Numbered from the stretch's first letter, positions 9,817-23,931 are shown. The stretch is DNA of 64,000 bases from Nannocystis bainbridge (GCF_028368995.1 NZ_JAQNDL010000004.1:64001-128000); one strand, 5' to 3'. Notes: a model not told the origin generated them from the letters alone. Numbers and translations are program-made.

Positions 9817-9906
9817 ATCGGGCATATCGCCGAGGACATGCCGTCGGGGCATGCTCCTCAGGACATGATGTCGAGGACATGTCGCGCGGGACATGTCCTG
9901 AAAGGA
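9817..9906. repeat. cluster of GGACATGTCC-family palindromic repeat units
   Basis: gaggacatgcc / ggggcatgctcc / aggacatgatgtcgaggacatgtcgcgcgggacatgtcctgaaagg, in the convergent junction between mqnD and the ABC ATPase. Confidence 0.8.
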
Positions 9907-9907
9907 C

Positions 9908-10678
9908 TCAGGGGGCCAGGGCCTCGAAGTAGAGGCGGCCGTCTCGCTCCTGGGCCTGCACGCCGAAGGCCGCGCCGAGGAGCTCGGGGCTGAAGACGTC
10001 GCCGCAGGGGCCGACGCGGGCGCGGCCGGCGGCGAGCAGGATGGCGTCGTCGGCGTGGCGGCGGGCGAGGTCGAGGTCGTGCTCGGCGACGAGCACGGCC
10101 ACGCCCTCGCGCGCGAGGGTCCGCAGGTGGCGGTAGAGGCCGAGCGCGTGGCCGATGTCGAGGCCGGCGGCCGGCTCGTCGAGGATGACCACGGCGGCCT
10201 CGGCGGCGAGCATGCGCGCGAGCATGACGCGCTGGCGCTCGCCGCCGCTGAGCCGGCCGATCGGGCGGTCGGCGAAGGCGGTCAGGCCGAGGCGCGCGAG
10301 CGCGGCGTCGGCGGCGTCGGCGTCGGCGGCGCGCGGCGGACCGAAGCGGGGAAGGTTGGGCAGACGGCCGAGGAGGACGACCTCCCGCACGTGGAGGTCG
10401 AACTCGACGGGGGAGTGCTGCGGCAAATAGGCGAGCCGGCGAGCGCGAGCCGACGGGGCGAGCTCGGCGAGGCGGTCGCCGAGCAGCTCGACGTGGCCGG
10501 CCTGCGGACGGTCGAGGCCGGCGAGGGTGCGCAGCAGGGTCGACTTGCCGGCGCCGTTGGGGCCGGCGACCACGCAGATCCGTCCCCGGCGGAGATCGAG
10601 GTCGAGGGCCTCGTAGAGGACCCGCTCGGCGAGCCGACAGGTCAGGCCGCGAGCGGCGAGGGCGGGCGCCTCGGTCAT
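9908..10678 (-). CDS. ABC transporter ATP-binding protein (FecE/HmuV-like)
   Basis: Walker A GPNGAGKST, signature LSGGERQRV and Walker B ILDEPAAGLD. Start at MTEAPALAARGL, ATG 10678. Confidence 0.8.
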   Translation of the reverse strand: MTEAPALAARGLTCRLAERVLYEALDLDLRRGRICVVAGPNGAGKSTLLRTLAGLDRPQAGHVELLGDRLAELAPSARARRLAYLPQHSPVEFDLHVREVVLLGRLPNLPRFGPPRAADADAADAALARLGLTAFADRPIGRLSGGERQRVMLARMLAAEAAVVILDEPAAGLDIGHALGLYRHLRTLAREGVAVLVAEHDLDLARRHADDAILLAAGRARVGPCGDVFSPELLGAAFGVQAQERDGRLYFEALAP

Positions 10679-10787
10679 GCAGGGCATTAATAGGAGGGAG
10701 GTGGGGGGGCCGGGCAAGCCCGCAGGCAAGAGGTGGCGCACGCGCGGGTGCGGGCGCGGCGGCGCGGGATCGACTAGTGTTCGCCGC

Positions 10788-12731
10788 ATGTCGCTCGTCC
10801 AGCTCAGGGCCAGCAAGACGGCGCCGCCGCGAGACCTGCGGGCGTTCCTGCCGATGACGCGCGAGGAGATGGACGCGCGCGGCTGGGACGAGCTCGACGT
10901 GCTCCTCATCAACGGCGACGCCTACGTCGACCACCCGGCGTTCGGCGGGGCGCTGATCGGGCGGTTCCTCGAGGGCCGCGGGCTGCGGGTCGGGATGATC
11001 GCGCAGCCGCGCTGGGATGACCCGCAGGACATCTCGCGGCTGGGCCGGCCGCGGCTGTTCGTCGGCATCACCGCCGGCAACCTCGACTCGATGCTGAACA
11101 AGCTGACGGCGCAGAAGAAGATGCGCGGCGAGGATCAATACTCGCCCGACGGCGCGCTCGAGCAGCGGCCGAACCGCGCCAGCATCGTCTACTCGAACCT
11201 GGCCCGGCAGGCGTTCCCGGGGCTGCCGGTGGTGCTCGGCGGCATCGAGGCGAGCCTGCGGCGGATCGCCCACTTCGACTACTGGAGCGACCAGGTGCGC
11301 CGCAGCGTGTTGGTCGACAGCAAGGCCGACTTGCTGATCTTCGGCATGGGCGAGCGGCCGGTGTGGGAGGTCGCGCGGCGGCTCAAAGCCGGCGAGGACA
11401 TCAGCACGATCCGCGACGTCCGCGGCACCGCGGTGATGCTGCCGAAGGGCCAGTGGGAGAGCCTGCCGAAGAGCCGCTACGTGCGCGACGGGCTGACGCT
11501 GCACCTGCCGAGCTTCGAGGCGGTGAGCGTCGACAAGGACGCGTTCCTCGAGATGTCGCGGGCGTTCCAGCACGAGACCAACCCGGGCAACGGGCGGCCG
11601 ATGATCCAGCCGCACGGCGACCGGGCGCTCTACTGCAACCCGCCGGCGTACCCGCTCGAGATGCGCGACATGGACGCGCTCTACGACCTGCCGTTCGTGC
11701 GCCGGCCGCACTGGACCTACGCGGGCAGCAAGATCCCCGCGTTCGAGACGGTCAAGCACTCGATCGTGACGATGCGCGGCTGCTTCGGCGGCTGCACGTT
11801 CTGCTCGATCACCGAGCACGAGGGCCGCATCATCCAGTCGCGCTCGGCCGAGAGCGTGCTGCGGGAGATCCGGACGCTGCGGCGCATGGACGACTTCCGC
11901 GGCGTGATCTCGGACGTCGGCGGGCCGACGGCCAACATGTACCGGATGCGCTGCAAGAGCGAGCAGATCGAGAGCGCGTGCCGCAAGCTGTCGTGCGTGC
12001 ACCCGGGCGTGTGCGAGAACCTCGACACCGACCACGGGCCGCTGGTCGACCTGCTGAAGAAGGTGCGCAAGTCCGAGGGTGTGCGGCGCGTCTTCATCGC
12101 CTCCGGCGTGCGCTACGACCTGGCAGAACGATCTCCGGCGTTCATCCGCGAGCTCGCCACGCATCACACCGGCGGACAATTGTCCGTGGCGCCCGAGCAC
12201 GTGAAGGACGACGTGCTCGCCAAGATGAAGAAGCCCGGGGTCGCCAGCTACGAGCGCTTCGCCGAGCAGTTCACGTGCGCGAGCGAGGCCGCGGGCAAGG
12301 ACCAGCACCTGGTGCCGTACTTCATCTCCGGGCACCCCGGCAGCACGCTCGACGACATGGTCGATCTCGCGCTGTGGCTCAAGGCGCGAGGCGTACGGCC
12401 ACGGCAGGTCCAGGACTTCATCCCCACGCCGATGAGCATGGCGACCTGCATGTACCACACGGGCCGCGATCCGTTCACGCGCGAGCCGGTCTACACGGCC
12501 AAGGAGCTGCGCGAGAAGAAGCTGCAGAAGTCGCTCCTTCTTTACTGGGATCCAGCGCAGCACCACCTCGCCCGCGAGGCGCTGCGGCGAGCGGGACGGC
12601 AAGGGCTCATCGGTCACGCGCCGTCGTGTCTGGTGCCGCCGGAGGGAGGAGGAGCGACGCGTACACACGGCGCGTCGTCTGTCCCCAACACCAGGCGGCC
12701 GCGGCGCGGGCTCGGGGCCGCCGGGCCGTGA
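10788..12731 (+). CDS. ygiQ: YgiQ family radical SAM protein (UPF0313)
   Basis: FLPMTREEMDARGWDELDVLLINGDAYVDHPAFG... and the CFGGCTFC radical-SAM cysteine motif. Start at ATG 10788, MSLVQL. Confidence 0.85.
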   Translation: MSLVQLRASKTAPPRDLRAFLPMTREEMDARGWDELDVLLINGDAYVDHPAFGGALIGRFLEGRGLRVGMIAQPRWDDPQDISRLGRPRLFVGITAGNLDSMLNKLTAQKKMRGEDQYSPDGALEQRPNRASIVYSNLARQAFPGLPVVLGGIEASLRRIAHFDYWSDQVRRSVLVDSKADLLIFGMGERPVWEVARRLKAGEDISTIRDVRGTAVMLPKGQWESLPKSRYVRDGLTLHLPSFEAVSVDKDAFLEMSRAFQHETNPGNGRPMIQPHGDRALYCNPPAYPLEMRDMDALYDLPFVRRPHWTYAGSKIPAFETVKHSIVTMRGCFGGCTFCSITEHEGRIIQSRSAESVLREIRTLRRMDDFRGVISDVGGPTANMYRMRCKSEQIESACRKLSCVHPGVCENLDTDHGPLVDLLKKVRKSEGVRRVFIASGVRYDLAERSPAFIRELATHHTGGQLSVAPEHVKDDVLAKMKKPGVASYERFAEQFTCASEAAGKDQHLVPYFISGHPGSTLDDMVDLALWLKARGVRPRQVQDFIPTPMSMATCMYHTGRDPFTREPVYTAKELREKKLQKSLLLYWDPAQHHLAREALRRAGRQGLIGHAPSCLVPPEGGGATRTHGASSVPNTRRPRRGLGAAGP

Positions 12732-12880
12732 ACCACTCGGACCGATGGCCGCGCCGGCCGGGTCCGAACGCCGCGCCGACGTCGTCCGAAGAGGTTCGCC
12801 CGCGCCCCCGCTAGATCACGTTCAAGCGCGAGGACGGTAGTTCCGCGTCACAGCCGAGATGGCTAAGATGCCCCAACTTT

Positions 12881-13654
12881 ATGACGATGATGCGGCGTGC
12901 GACGCGAGTGTTGGCGACTGTCACTGTGATCTCGAGCCTGGCTGCCTGTGAATCGCTGCTCGAGCCGAAGACCAAGGTCGCGCTGGCCATTTCGCATCAC
13001 GGCACGCGCAACACCAGCGGGGTCCTGCCGAACTACGGCGAGCCCGACGCGGCCCGCGTGTTCGTCAACGACATGGGCTGGGAGGTCAACCTCGCCGAGG
13101 GCGTCATCGTGATGACCGCGGCCCAGGTCGAGTCGTGCGCCGGCGAGAGCTTCGACTTCGAGCTGCCGTACGGCCCGTTCCCCGAGTACCAGCTGTCGCA
13201 GGATCAGGACCTCGTCGACTTCGCCTCCGTCGAGCTGCCCGAAGGGACATATTGCAAGCTGCGCGTCGAGTACGGCCGCTACCAGTCGTCGCTGGCCGAG
13301 CAGGCGTTCGACACGCCGTACGCGCTCAAGGGCCACGCGCAGGTCGAGGGGCTGACGGTCTATCTGGCCGGCACGGCGAAGGATCCGTCGGGCAAGCACG
13401 AGGGCGCCAACTGGAAGTTCCAGACCAACCAGACCAGCATCGTCGAGCTCGACCTCAGCAAGGCCGAGGACGGGCGGCCGTTCGCGATCACGGGCAAGGA
13501 GCCGGGCGGCAGGGCGCTGACGGTCGCCAAGACCTATGACGCGTTCTTCCGCGGGATCGATTTCGCGGACTACGACACCGAGGCGGTGAGCGGCCGCCTG
13601 CTCGAGGTGCTCAACGCCGACACGTACGTGCGCGTCGGCTCCCAGATCTTCTGA
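12881..13654 (+). CDS. hypothetical lipoprotein
   Basis: Signal peptide with lipobox (LAAC). No recognised domain. AT-richer 5' region. Confidence 0.55.
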   Translation: MTMMRRATRVLATVTVISSLAACESLLEPKTKVALAISHHGTRNTSGVLPNYGEPDAARVFVNDMGWEVNLAEGVIVMTAAQVESCAGESFDFELPYGPFPEYQLSQDQDLVDFASVELPEGTYCKLRVEYGRYQSSLAEQAFDTPYALKGHAQVEGLTVYLAGTAKDPSGKHEGANWKFQTNQTSIVELDLSKAEDGRPFAITGKEPGGRALTVAKTYDAFFRGIDFADYDTEAVSGRLLEVLNADTYVRVGSQIF

Positions 13655-14528
13655 GCCCGGCCAGCGCCATCAGCACGCACAGGCCGAGCGCGCCGCCGGT
13701 GTCACCACCGGCGGCGCAGCTGCATCCGTCGTCGCGGTTCGGGTCGGTGACCAGGCAGTCGCACGCCTCGCAGGTGTCGGTGCGGAGGTCGACACCTGTC
13801 TCTTGGTTCAGCCAGCACAGGGCGGCGTACGGGATGGCGTAGAAGCCGCCCTTGCCGCACGTGTAGCCGCGCGAGGTGACGCCCGCGAGCACGACCTCGC
13901 CGGTGCGGAGGGTGACGAACGCGGGGCCGCCGGAGTCGCCCTGGCACGAGTCCTGGCCGTCGCCGCCGGCCTGAAACTCGAGGCCGGTCGCGCTGAAGCG
14001 GACGATCTCGACCTCGACCTGGCGCTTGAAGCCGTTGAGGTTCTTCTCGTCGTCGCCGAAGCCGACCACGGTGATCGGGGCGCCGATGTACATGGCGTCG
14101 TCCCAGTCGGCCTGGGCGGTGAGCGGCCGCGTCGGCGAGACGCCGGCGAGCGGCTCCTCGAGCTCGACGTAGCCGTAGTCCCAGATGTCGACCTTGCACA
14201 CGTCGGTGTCGGTGCCGCAAAACTCGGGATGCGAGCCGTGGCCGGCGACGGCGACGACCTGCTGGAAGTCGGACCACACGTCGTCGCCGACGACGACGTG
14301 CATGCGCGCGGGCGAGGGGTTGCTGTCGAGGCAGTGCGCGGCGGTCAGCACGATCGTCGGGCTGACGAGCGTGCCGGTGCACATGGTGTCGCCGATGAGG
14401 ATCGCCACGGTGCTCGACCACGAGCCCGGCGCGACCTTCTCCCCGCCGTAGATCGGCGTGGGCGCGGGCACGGGCGCGGTCCACGGAGTCGGCGAAGCGA
14501 GGAGGGCGACGAGGCCGAGCTGCAACAT
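13611..14528 (-). CDS. secreted trypsin-like serine protease (S1) with MYXO-CTERM-like tail
   Basis: Signal peptide. TAAHC (His) and GDSGGP (Ser) catalytic motifs. The C-terminal DDGCSCAAGG...LGLCVLMALAGLRRSGSRR matches the Cys motif, hydrophobic stretch and basic tail of the MYXO-CTERM sorting signal. Confidence 0.8.
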   Translation of the reverse strand: MLQLGLVALLASPTPWTAPVPAPTPIYGGEKVAPGSWSSTVAILIGDTMCTGTLVSPTIVLTAAHCLDSNPSPARMHVVVGDDVWSDFQQVVAVAGHGSHPEFCGTDTDVCKVDIWDYGYVELEEPLAGVSPTRPLTAQADWDDAMYIGAPITVVGFGDDEKNLNGFKRQVEVEIVRFSATGLEFQAGGDGQDSCQGDSGGPAFVTLRTGEVVLAGVTSRGYTCGKGGFYAIPYAALCWLNQETGVDLRTDTCEACDCLVTDPNRDDGCSCAAGGDTGGALGLCVLMALAGLRRSGSRRARTCRR

Positions 14529-14697
14529 GCGATAAGAATAACCCGGGTGGGCGGCGATCCACGGCGATCTGCGGCGATCCGGCCCGCGTACCGCGCAAAC
14601 GGTGTCGCGGATCGAAAATGCCCGGAGGCGCGAGCATGGACCCGGGACAGCGCCGCTGCGATCTGCTACCGATCGCCAGACCGACCCGGGGAGGCGC

Positions 14698-15966
14698 GTG
14701 CCGACGAATCTCTTCGCTTATCCGAACCTGGTCTCGGAGCCAGGTCAGCTCCCGCTTCGCTCGCAGCTCGACCACGACTTCACCGACGCGCTGGCCCACA
14801 TCGCCCGGATCCGCACCCGCCGGCGGCTCGAGCGAGACCCGGTGTTCCGCACGATCCGCCCGCAGCTCGATCGGGTGCTCCGCGGCTTCGAGTGGGACCT
14901 GGAGCCGACGCTGGGGCACTCGCTGGCGCCACGACGGCCGGGGCTCGTGCGTGCGGTGGCGTGGAATGTCGAGCGCGGCAAGCGCTTCGAGGGCCTGCAC
15001 GCGCTCCTCACCGGCGACCCGGAGCTGTCGGCCGCCGACCTGCTGCTGCTGACCGAGGTCGACATCGGCATGGGTCGCTCGGGCAACCGCAACGTGCCGA
15101 AGGAGCTCGCCCACGCGCTCGGCATGGGCTACGTGTTCGCCAACTATCACCTGGTGCTGGTCGAGGGCGATCGCGGCGAGCGCGGCCACGGGGTGCCCAA
15201 CACCAAGGCGATGCACGGCTGCGCCCTGCTGACGCGCTTCCCGGTGCTCCGCTTCGAGGCGGTCGAGCTGCTGGAGCGGCGCGACAAGTTCCACGCGACC
15301 GAGAAGCGGATCGGCAACAAGCGCGCGCTGCTGTGCGAGCTGCTGCTGCCCGACGGGCCGCTGACGGTGGCGCTGGTCCACCTCGATCCGTTCGCGGGGC
15401 CGCGCGACCGGGCCCGCGACATCCGCGAGATCGTCACCCGCCTGCGTGAGTTCGGCGGCGAGCGCATGCTGCTCGGCGGCGACCTCAACACCAATACGTA
15501 CGACCTCAGCAGCGGCCGCGGCCTGGCGTACAACTTCTTCTACAAGCTGACGCGCTTCGGCATCGAGGGCATGGCGGCCCAGTACATGAAGCCGGAGGAG
15601 CACTTCGAGCGGGCCGTGTTCGCGGCGATGCGCGAGGGCGGGTTCGAGATCGACGGCTTCAACGACTTCACCCGCGGGACCATCTACTACGACATCTACG
15701 ACCCGGAGATCTTCCGCAAGGCGCTCGACTACATGCCCAAGGCGATGCGCCGGGTGATGTGGACGTACCTCGAGCGCCGATTGGCGCCGTGGGGCGGGCG
15801 GGTGCCGCTGCGCGTGGACTGGTTCGCGGGCAAGGGCCTGCGCCCGCGCGAGCCGCAGGTGATCGAGCGCCCGGTGGCCGACGGCAAGCTGGTGTCGGAC
15901 CACAACCCGATCGTGGTCGACCTCGAGCTCGGCGCCATGGCGCCCGGCGACGAGCCGGAGGAGTGA
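14698..15966 (+). CDS. endonuclease/exonuclease/phosphatase (EEP) family protein
   Basis: WNVERG...LLLLTEVD...GDLNT...SDHNPIVVDLEL EEP motifs. Start proposed at GTG 14698, which follows GGGGAGG. Confidence 0.7.
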   Translation: MPTNLFAYPNLVSEPGQLPLRSQLDHDFTDALAHIARIRTRRRLERDPVFRTIRPQLDRVLRGFEWDLEPTLGHSLAPRRPGLVRAVAWNVERGKRFEGLHALLTGDPELSAADLLLLTEVDIGMGRSGNRNVPKELAHALGMGYVFANYHLVLVEGDRGERGHGVPNTKAMHGCALLTRFPVLRFEAVELLERRDKFHATEKRIGNKRALLCELLLPDGPLTVALVHLDPFAGPRDRARDIREIVTRLREFGGERMLLGGDLNTNTYDLSSGRGLAYNFFYKLTRFGIEGMAAQYMKPEEHFERAVFAAMREGGFEIDGFNDFTRGTIYYDIYDPEIFRKALDYMPKAMRRVMWTYLERRLAPWGGRVPLRVDWFAGKGLRPREPQVIERPVADGKLVSDHNPIVVDLELGAMAPGDEPEE

Positions 15967-15973
15967 GACCGAT

Positions 15974-16052
15974 CGGGCATGTCCAAAGGGGCATGTCCGA
16001 ACAGGAATGTCTGAAGGGGCATGGTCTTCGGGAAATGTCCTGAAGACCATGC
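15974..16052. repeat. tandem array of GGRCATGTCY units, period about 14-15 bp
   Basis: gggcatgtccaaag gggcatgtccgaaca ggaatgtctgaag gggcatggtcttcgg gaaatgtcctgaag, in the convergent junction between the EEP and band-7 genes. Confidence 0.8.
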
Positions 16053-16093
16053 GCGGTGCGGGCAGGCAGGGGCGCCAACCCGCGGGCGACAGG

Positions 16094-17596
<1,503 letters not shown>

Positions 17597-17617
17597 CGTT
17601 CGACTCCTGCGCGAGTC

Positions 17618-17640
17618 CCCTTAGCAGGCGCCGTGCCAGC
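17618..17640 (-). promoter_or_regulatory. candidate sigma-54 (-24/-12) promoter
   Basis: The minus strand reads TGGCACGgcgccTGCt against the consensus TGGCACG-N4-TTGCW. It lies about 20 nt upstream of the band-7 start codon and directly downstream of a sigma-54 activator gene. Confidence 0.4.
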
Positions 17641-17779
17641 GGCCGTGACGGGCCCGTGACGCGGTGTCTCTGGCGTGGAGGCCGGTCGTCAGGCTCGCGA
17701 CGGTGGGGCGGGGGTGTATCGAAACGAGACGGGTGGATCGTTCTGAGGCACCTGCTGCGAACGGCCGATGCGGACCGGC

Positions 17780-19330
<1,551 letters not shown>

Positions 19331-19488
19331 TCGAGCGAGTGTATCAGAATGAGACGGTGGCTCAAACCGACGCGTGGGTTCGCGCACCGGGCTTCGCGCG
19401 CATGGATCCGCGAGAGCGGCGCATGGAGCCGCGCCGCACGGATGCAGGCGGTTGACGTCCGCGCAGGCGCCACGCGATAAAAATCGCC

Positions 19489-20418
19489 ATGCGAAAGATT
19501 GAGAGCTTGAAGGTGCTGGGGATCGGGGCGCTCGTGGGCGCGCTCCTCGTGGTGGGGTGCGGCGACGACAAGAACGGCGACACGACCGCGGACACGATCA
19601 CGGAGACCGGCACGCCGACGGGCACGGAGAGCGGCACCTCGACGAGCACGGAGACCGGCGTGCCGACGGGCACGGAGACCGACACTTCGACGGGCACCGA
19701 GACCGAGACGGGGACGAGCACCGACACGCCGACGACCTCGGACACCGAGGGCGGGGCGATGTGCAACCCGAAAGTCCAGGACTGCCCGAGCGGCCAGAAG
19801 TGCGTGGCCTTCGACTCGATGGCGATGAACTACTGGGACGCCAACAAGTGCGTCGAGGAGCCGATGAACGGCGGGGCGGTCGGCGACCCATGCAACATCA
19901 ACATGGGCGAGTCGGTGTTCAGTGGGCTCGACAACTGTTCGAAGGGGACGATCTGCCTCAACTTCGATTTCGCCACCGGCCAGGGCGGGACGTGCACGGC
20001 GTACTGCGGCGAGGGCAACACCTGCGGCGACGGTGAGCTGTGCCTCGAGTCGGCGAACGAGGGGGTGCTGCCGGTCTGCCTGAAGTCGTGCGACCCACTG
20101 CTGCAGGACTGCGGCGACATGCAAGGCTGCTACGGCGACCCGTCGTTCGGCGGCTTCATCTGCTTCGCGCCCGACCCCGGTGAGAACATCGGCGACGACA
20201 ACTCGCCGTGCGAGTACACGAACGCGTGCCTGGCAGGCTTCAGTTGTCAGGCAGCCGAGACGGTCGAGGGCTGCATGGGCGCGATGGGCTGCTGCACGCC
20301 GTACTGCTCGATCGCCGACGGCGACGCGGACTGCGCCCCGAGCGAAGACTGCGTGGCGTTCTTCGCCGACCCTCCGCCCGGTACGGAGGATGTCGGGGTG
20401 TGCGTGATCCCGAGCTGA
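19489..20418 (+). CDS. Cys-rich secreted lipoprotein with Thr/Gly-rich linker
   Basis: Lipobox LVVGC, then a TGTETxTGT low-complexity linker, then about 30 Cys in the C-terminal domain. Confidence 0.6.
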   Translation: MRKIESLKVLGIGALVGALLVVGCGDDKNGDTTADTITETGTPTGTESGTSTSTETGVPTGTETDTSTGTETETGTSTDTPTTSDTEGGAMCNPKVQDCPSGQKCVAFDSMAMNYWDANKCVEEPMNGGAVGDPCNINMGESVFSGLDNCSKGTICLNFDFATGQGGTCTAYCGEGNTCGDGELCLESANEGVLPVCLKSCDPLLQDCGDMQGCYGDPSFGGFICFAPDPGENIGDDNSPCEYTNACLAGFSCQAAETVEGCMGAMGCCTPYCSIADGDADCAPSEDCVAFFADPPPGTEDVGVCVIPS

Positions 20419-20457
20419 GGAAGCGCGAGGCGTGAGCGCCTCGTCGGAGCGATCGAA

Positions 20458-20492
20458 GGAGCCGCGACGAGCTCGTCGCGGCTCTTTTGTCG
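20458..20492 (+). terminator. rho-independent terminator
   Basis: Hairpin GGAGCCGCGACGAGC / GCTCGTCGCGGCTC followed by TTTTGTCG, 40 nt after the stop of the 19489-20418 gene. Confidence 0.6.
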
Positions 20493-20573
20493 TGACGCCT
20501 CGTCGGTGAGAGCGCAGGGTCGCGACGAGGAGCACCGCGGATCTCGGAGTGCGTCGCGGGGCGTCGGGATCGA

Positions 20574-20609
20574 GGAACGCAAAGAGCCGCGACGAGGATC
20601 GTCGCGGCC
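20574..20609 (-). terminator. probable terminator hairpin (minus strand)
   Basis: GCCGCGACGA-gga-TCGTCGCGGC hairpin followed on the minus strand by TCTTTGCGTT, 30 nt after the stop of the 20640-21023 gene. Confidence 0.4.
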
Positions 20610-20639
20610 CCGGGAGCGCGCGTCGTGACGCGATGACGA

Positions 20640-21023
20640 TCAGTTGGCGGCGCGCGCGTTGGGACGAGCGAAGATCCGGTCGAAGGCGTCCTGGACCTCC
20701 TCGGACATGTCGGTGGGGGCACCGAAGCCGATGAGGTAGAAGGGACGGTCGCGCACGGTGACGCGCCAGACTTGCATCGGCTGGCCGTCAGTCAGCTCGT
20801 CGATGAGGCCGGCGCGCAGAGTCGCGGGCTCCTCGACGTAGAGGGGGGCGACGGCCGCGACGCGGCTGCCGAGGTCCTTGTCGCCGGTGCCCGAGAGGAA
20901 CAGACCCTCGTGCGTGGCGAGCGTGAGGTGCTCCAGGCCGGTCCGCTGGGCAACGGCCCGAAGGTAGAGATCCCCGGCGGTCCAGGGGCTTTCGCTGCGA
21001 TCTTGGCGTCGTTCGTGCGTCAT
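20640..21023 (-). CDS. hypothetical protein (possibly roadblock/LC7-like)
   Basis: 127 aa starting MTHERRQD. The upstream region is AT-rich. The domain call is weak. Confidence 0.45.
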   Translation of the reverse strand: MTHERRQDRSESPWTAGDLYLRAVAQRTGLEHLTLATHEGLFLSGTGDKDLGSRVAAVAPLYVEEPATLRAGLIDELTDGQPMQVWRVTVRDRPFYLIGFGAPTDMSEEVQDAFDRIFARPNARAAN

Positions 21024-21103
21024 CCGACAAAAACTCCGGTGTGGGTGATGTAGGATAAACGCCGACCGACGCCGGGACAAAATTTCGGCGGAACGTGAGG
21101 CGC

Positions 21104-21307
21104 TCAGGGCGAGCGCCGCGCGCTTTTGCCCGTCTCGGGCTTCGGCGCCTCGCCAAACACCTCTCGCAGCACCTGGTCGGCCGGGATGAGCTCGACCTCG
21201 TCCCGATCGAGCTCCGCCATCCGCTGCTTCAGCGCCTTGCCCAGGGGGACCTCGTCGGCGTCCGTGAGCATTCGCGAAGGGCGCCTTGCAAAAGAATCGC
21301 TCGTCAT
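21104..21307 (-). CDS. putative addiction-module antitoxin-like protein (TIGR02574-like C-terminal half)
   Basis: KALKQRMAELDRDEVELIPADQVLREVF resembles the C-terminal W..E.ERR..E.D.G....IPAEEVF motif of RelE/ParE-associated antitoxins. The N-terminal half is atypical. Confidence 0.4.
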   Translation of the reverse strand: MTSDSFARRPSRMLTDADEVPLGKALKQRMAELDRDEVELIPADQVLREVFGEAPKPETGKSARRSP

Positions 21308-21321
21308 TGCGATTCCGTAGC

Positions 21322-21630
21322 ATGACGCGCGATGTTGAGCTGGGAAAAAGTGTCGGTCTCCATCCCGACGCCCGAAGAGAGACCGAAGAGGCGTGCGCTT
21401 TTGCCGCGCAACTCGGGCCCTTCCACGTGCGGCGGCTCGAGCTGGCCATCCGCCATGCCTTCGAAGCCATGGCCCGATTCCCCAGCGCCTGGCCGCCGTA
21501 CCTCTTCGGCACCCGGCGCTGTTTCCTCCTCGGGCTGCCGTACTTCTTCGTCTACCGCAAGCGGCGGCGCGTCGAGGTGGTGGCGCTTTGCCATCACCGG
21601 CAACGGCCGGGGCTGTGGCGGCAGCGGCTG
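21322..21630 (+). pseudogene. ParE/RelE-family toxin-like ORF without a proper stop (relic)
   Basis: ARRETEEACAFAAQLGPFHVRRLELAIRHAFEAMARFPSAWPPYLFGTRRCFLLGLPYFFVYRKRRRVEVVALCHH matches the ParE core (FP..G...YR....V.ILR..H). The frame has no stop until 22512 and would run antisense through ung. Confidence 0.4.
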
Positions 21631-22317
21631 TCAGAAGATTTGCCAGTCGATCGCCGGGTGGCCGATGTCCTCGAGAGCGGCGTTGATGGCCGAGAACGGC
21701 CGGCTGCCGAGGAACTTTGGGCCCTTGCCGAGGATCGGCGAGGGGTGGGGAGCGACCAGGATGCGGTGGCGGCGCTCGTCGATGAGGGCGGCCTTCTTCC
21801 TGGCGAAGTCACCCCACAGCGCGAACACCAGCGGCTCGCTGCGGCCGCTCAGGGCGCGGATGACGGCGTCGGTGAACTTCTCCCAGCCCTTGTTCTTGTG
21901 CGAGCCAGGCGTGTGGGCGCGGACGGTGAGGACCGTGTTGAGCAGCAGGACGCCCTGCTCGGCCCACGACTGCAGGTTGCCGTGGGTCGGGACGCCGGCC
22001 CCGAGGTCCGCCGCCAGCTCCTTGAAGATGTTGGCCAGCGAGGCGGGAGGCTTGACCCCCGGCAGGACCGAGAAGCAGAGGCCGTGGGCCTGGCCCTCGT
22101 CGTGGTACGGGTCCTGGCCGAGCACCACGACCTTGACCTGCTCGAACGGGGTCAGCTCGAAGGCGCGAAACAGGTCTTCTTCGGGTGGATAAACCGTATT
22201 GTTTTCGCGGTCATGGCTGACGAAGTCGACGAGGTCCTTGAAGTATGGCTTGGCCATCTCCTCGGCCAGTACGCCGTGCCAGCTGCCAGGCAAGGTCCAG
22301 TTGCCGTAGCCGTACAT
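21631..22317 (-). CDS. ung: uracil-DNA glycosylase (family 1)
   Basis: WHGVLAEEMAKPYF...VLGQDPYHDEGQAHGLCFSV...LLLNTVLTVRAHTPGSH...HPSPIL, co-linear with E. coli Ung. Start reassigned to ATG 22317, preceded by AGGAGG. Confidence 0.9.
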   Translation of the reverse strand: MYGYGNWTLPGSWHGVLAEEMAKPYFKDLVDFVSHDRENNTVYPPEEDLFRAFELTPFEQVKVVVLGQDPYHDEGQAHGLCFSVLPGVKPPASLANIFKELAADLGAGVPTHGNLQSWAEQGVLLLNTVLTVRAHTPGSHKNKGWEKFTDAVIRALSGRSEPLVFALWGDFARKKAALIDERRHRILVAPHPSPILGKGPKFLGSRPFSAINAALEDIGHPAIDWQIF

Positions 22318-22327
22318 GCGGGACCTC

Positions 22328-23800
<1,473 letters not shown>

Positions 23801-23931
23801 GCCACAAGCCGTCGACCGCGTCGTCCCGCGCCTCTACGCGCGCGCCATTGCGGCGACTGCCGCCGGGTTTTGCCGAAGACGCGCAAGACCGGGGGAAGGT
23901 GTGTTAACGTCACAGGGTCCCCCGAGAAGCC

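Noticed and set aside
15974-16052. CRISPR array interpretation of the short tandem repeats, which would also apply to 58866-58990.
   Set aside because: The units are only about 14-15 bp with almost no spacer between them. There are no cas genes. The same unit is dispersed singly at many gene ends. This pattern fits REP or MITE-like elements and not CRISPR.
19380-19488. A sigma-54 or sigma-70 promoter upstream of the Cys-rich lipoprotein gene.
   Set aside because: There is no TGGCAC-N5-TTGC element, and only a weak TTGACG with no convincing -10. I did not call a promoter.
21095-21325. Plus-strand small ORFs 21095-21325 and 21126-21320 as the antitoxin co-directional with the ParE-like ORF.
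   Set aside because: Their translations are Arg/Ser-rich with no antitoxin-like features. The antitoxin-like peptide is on the opposite strand.
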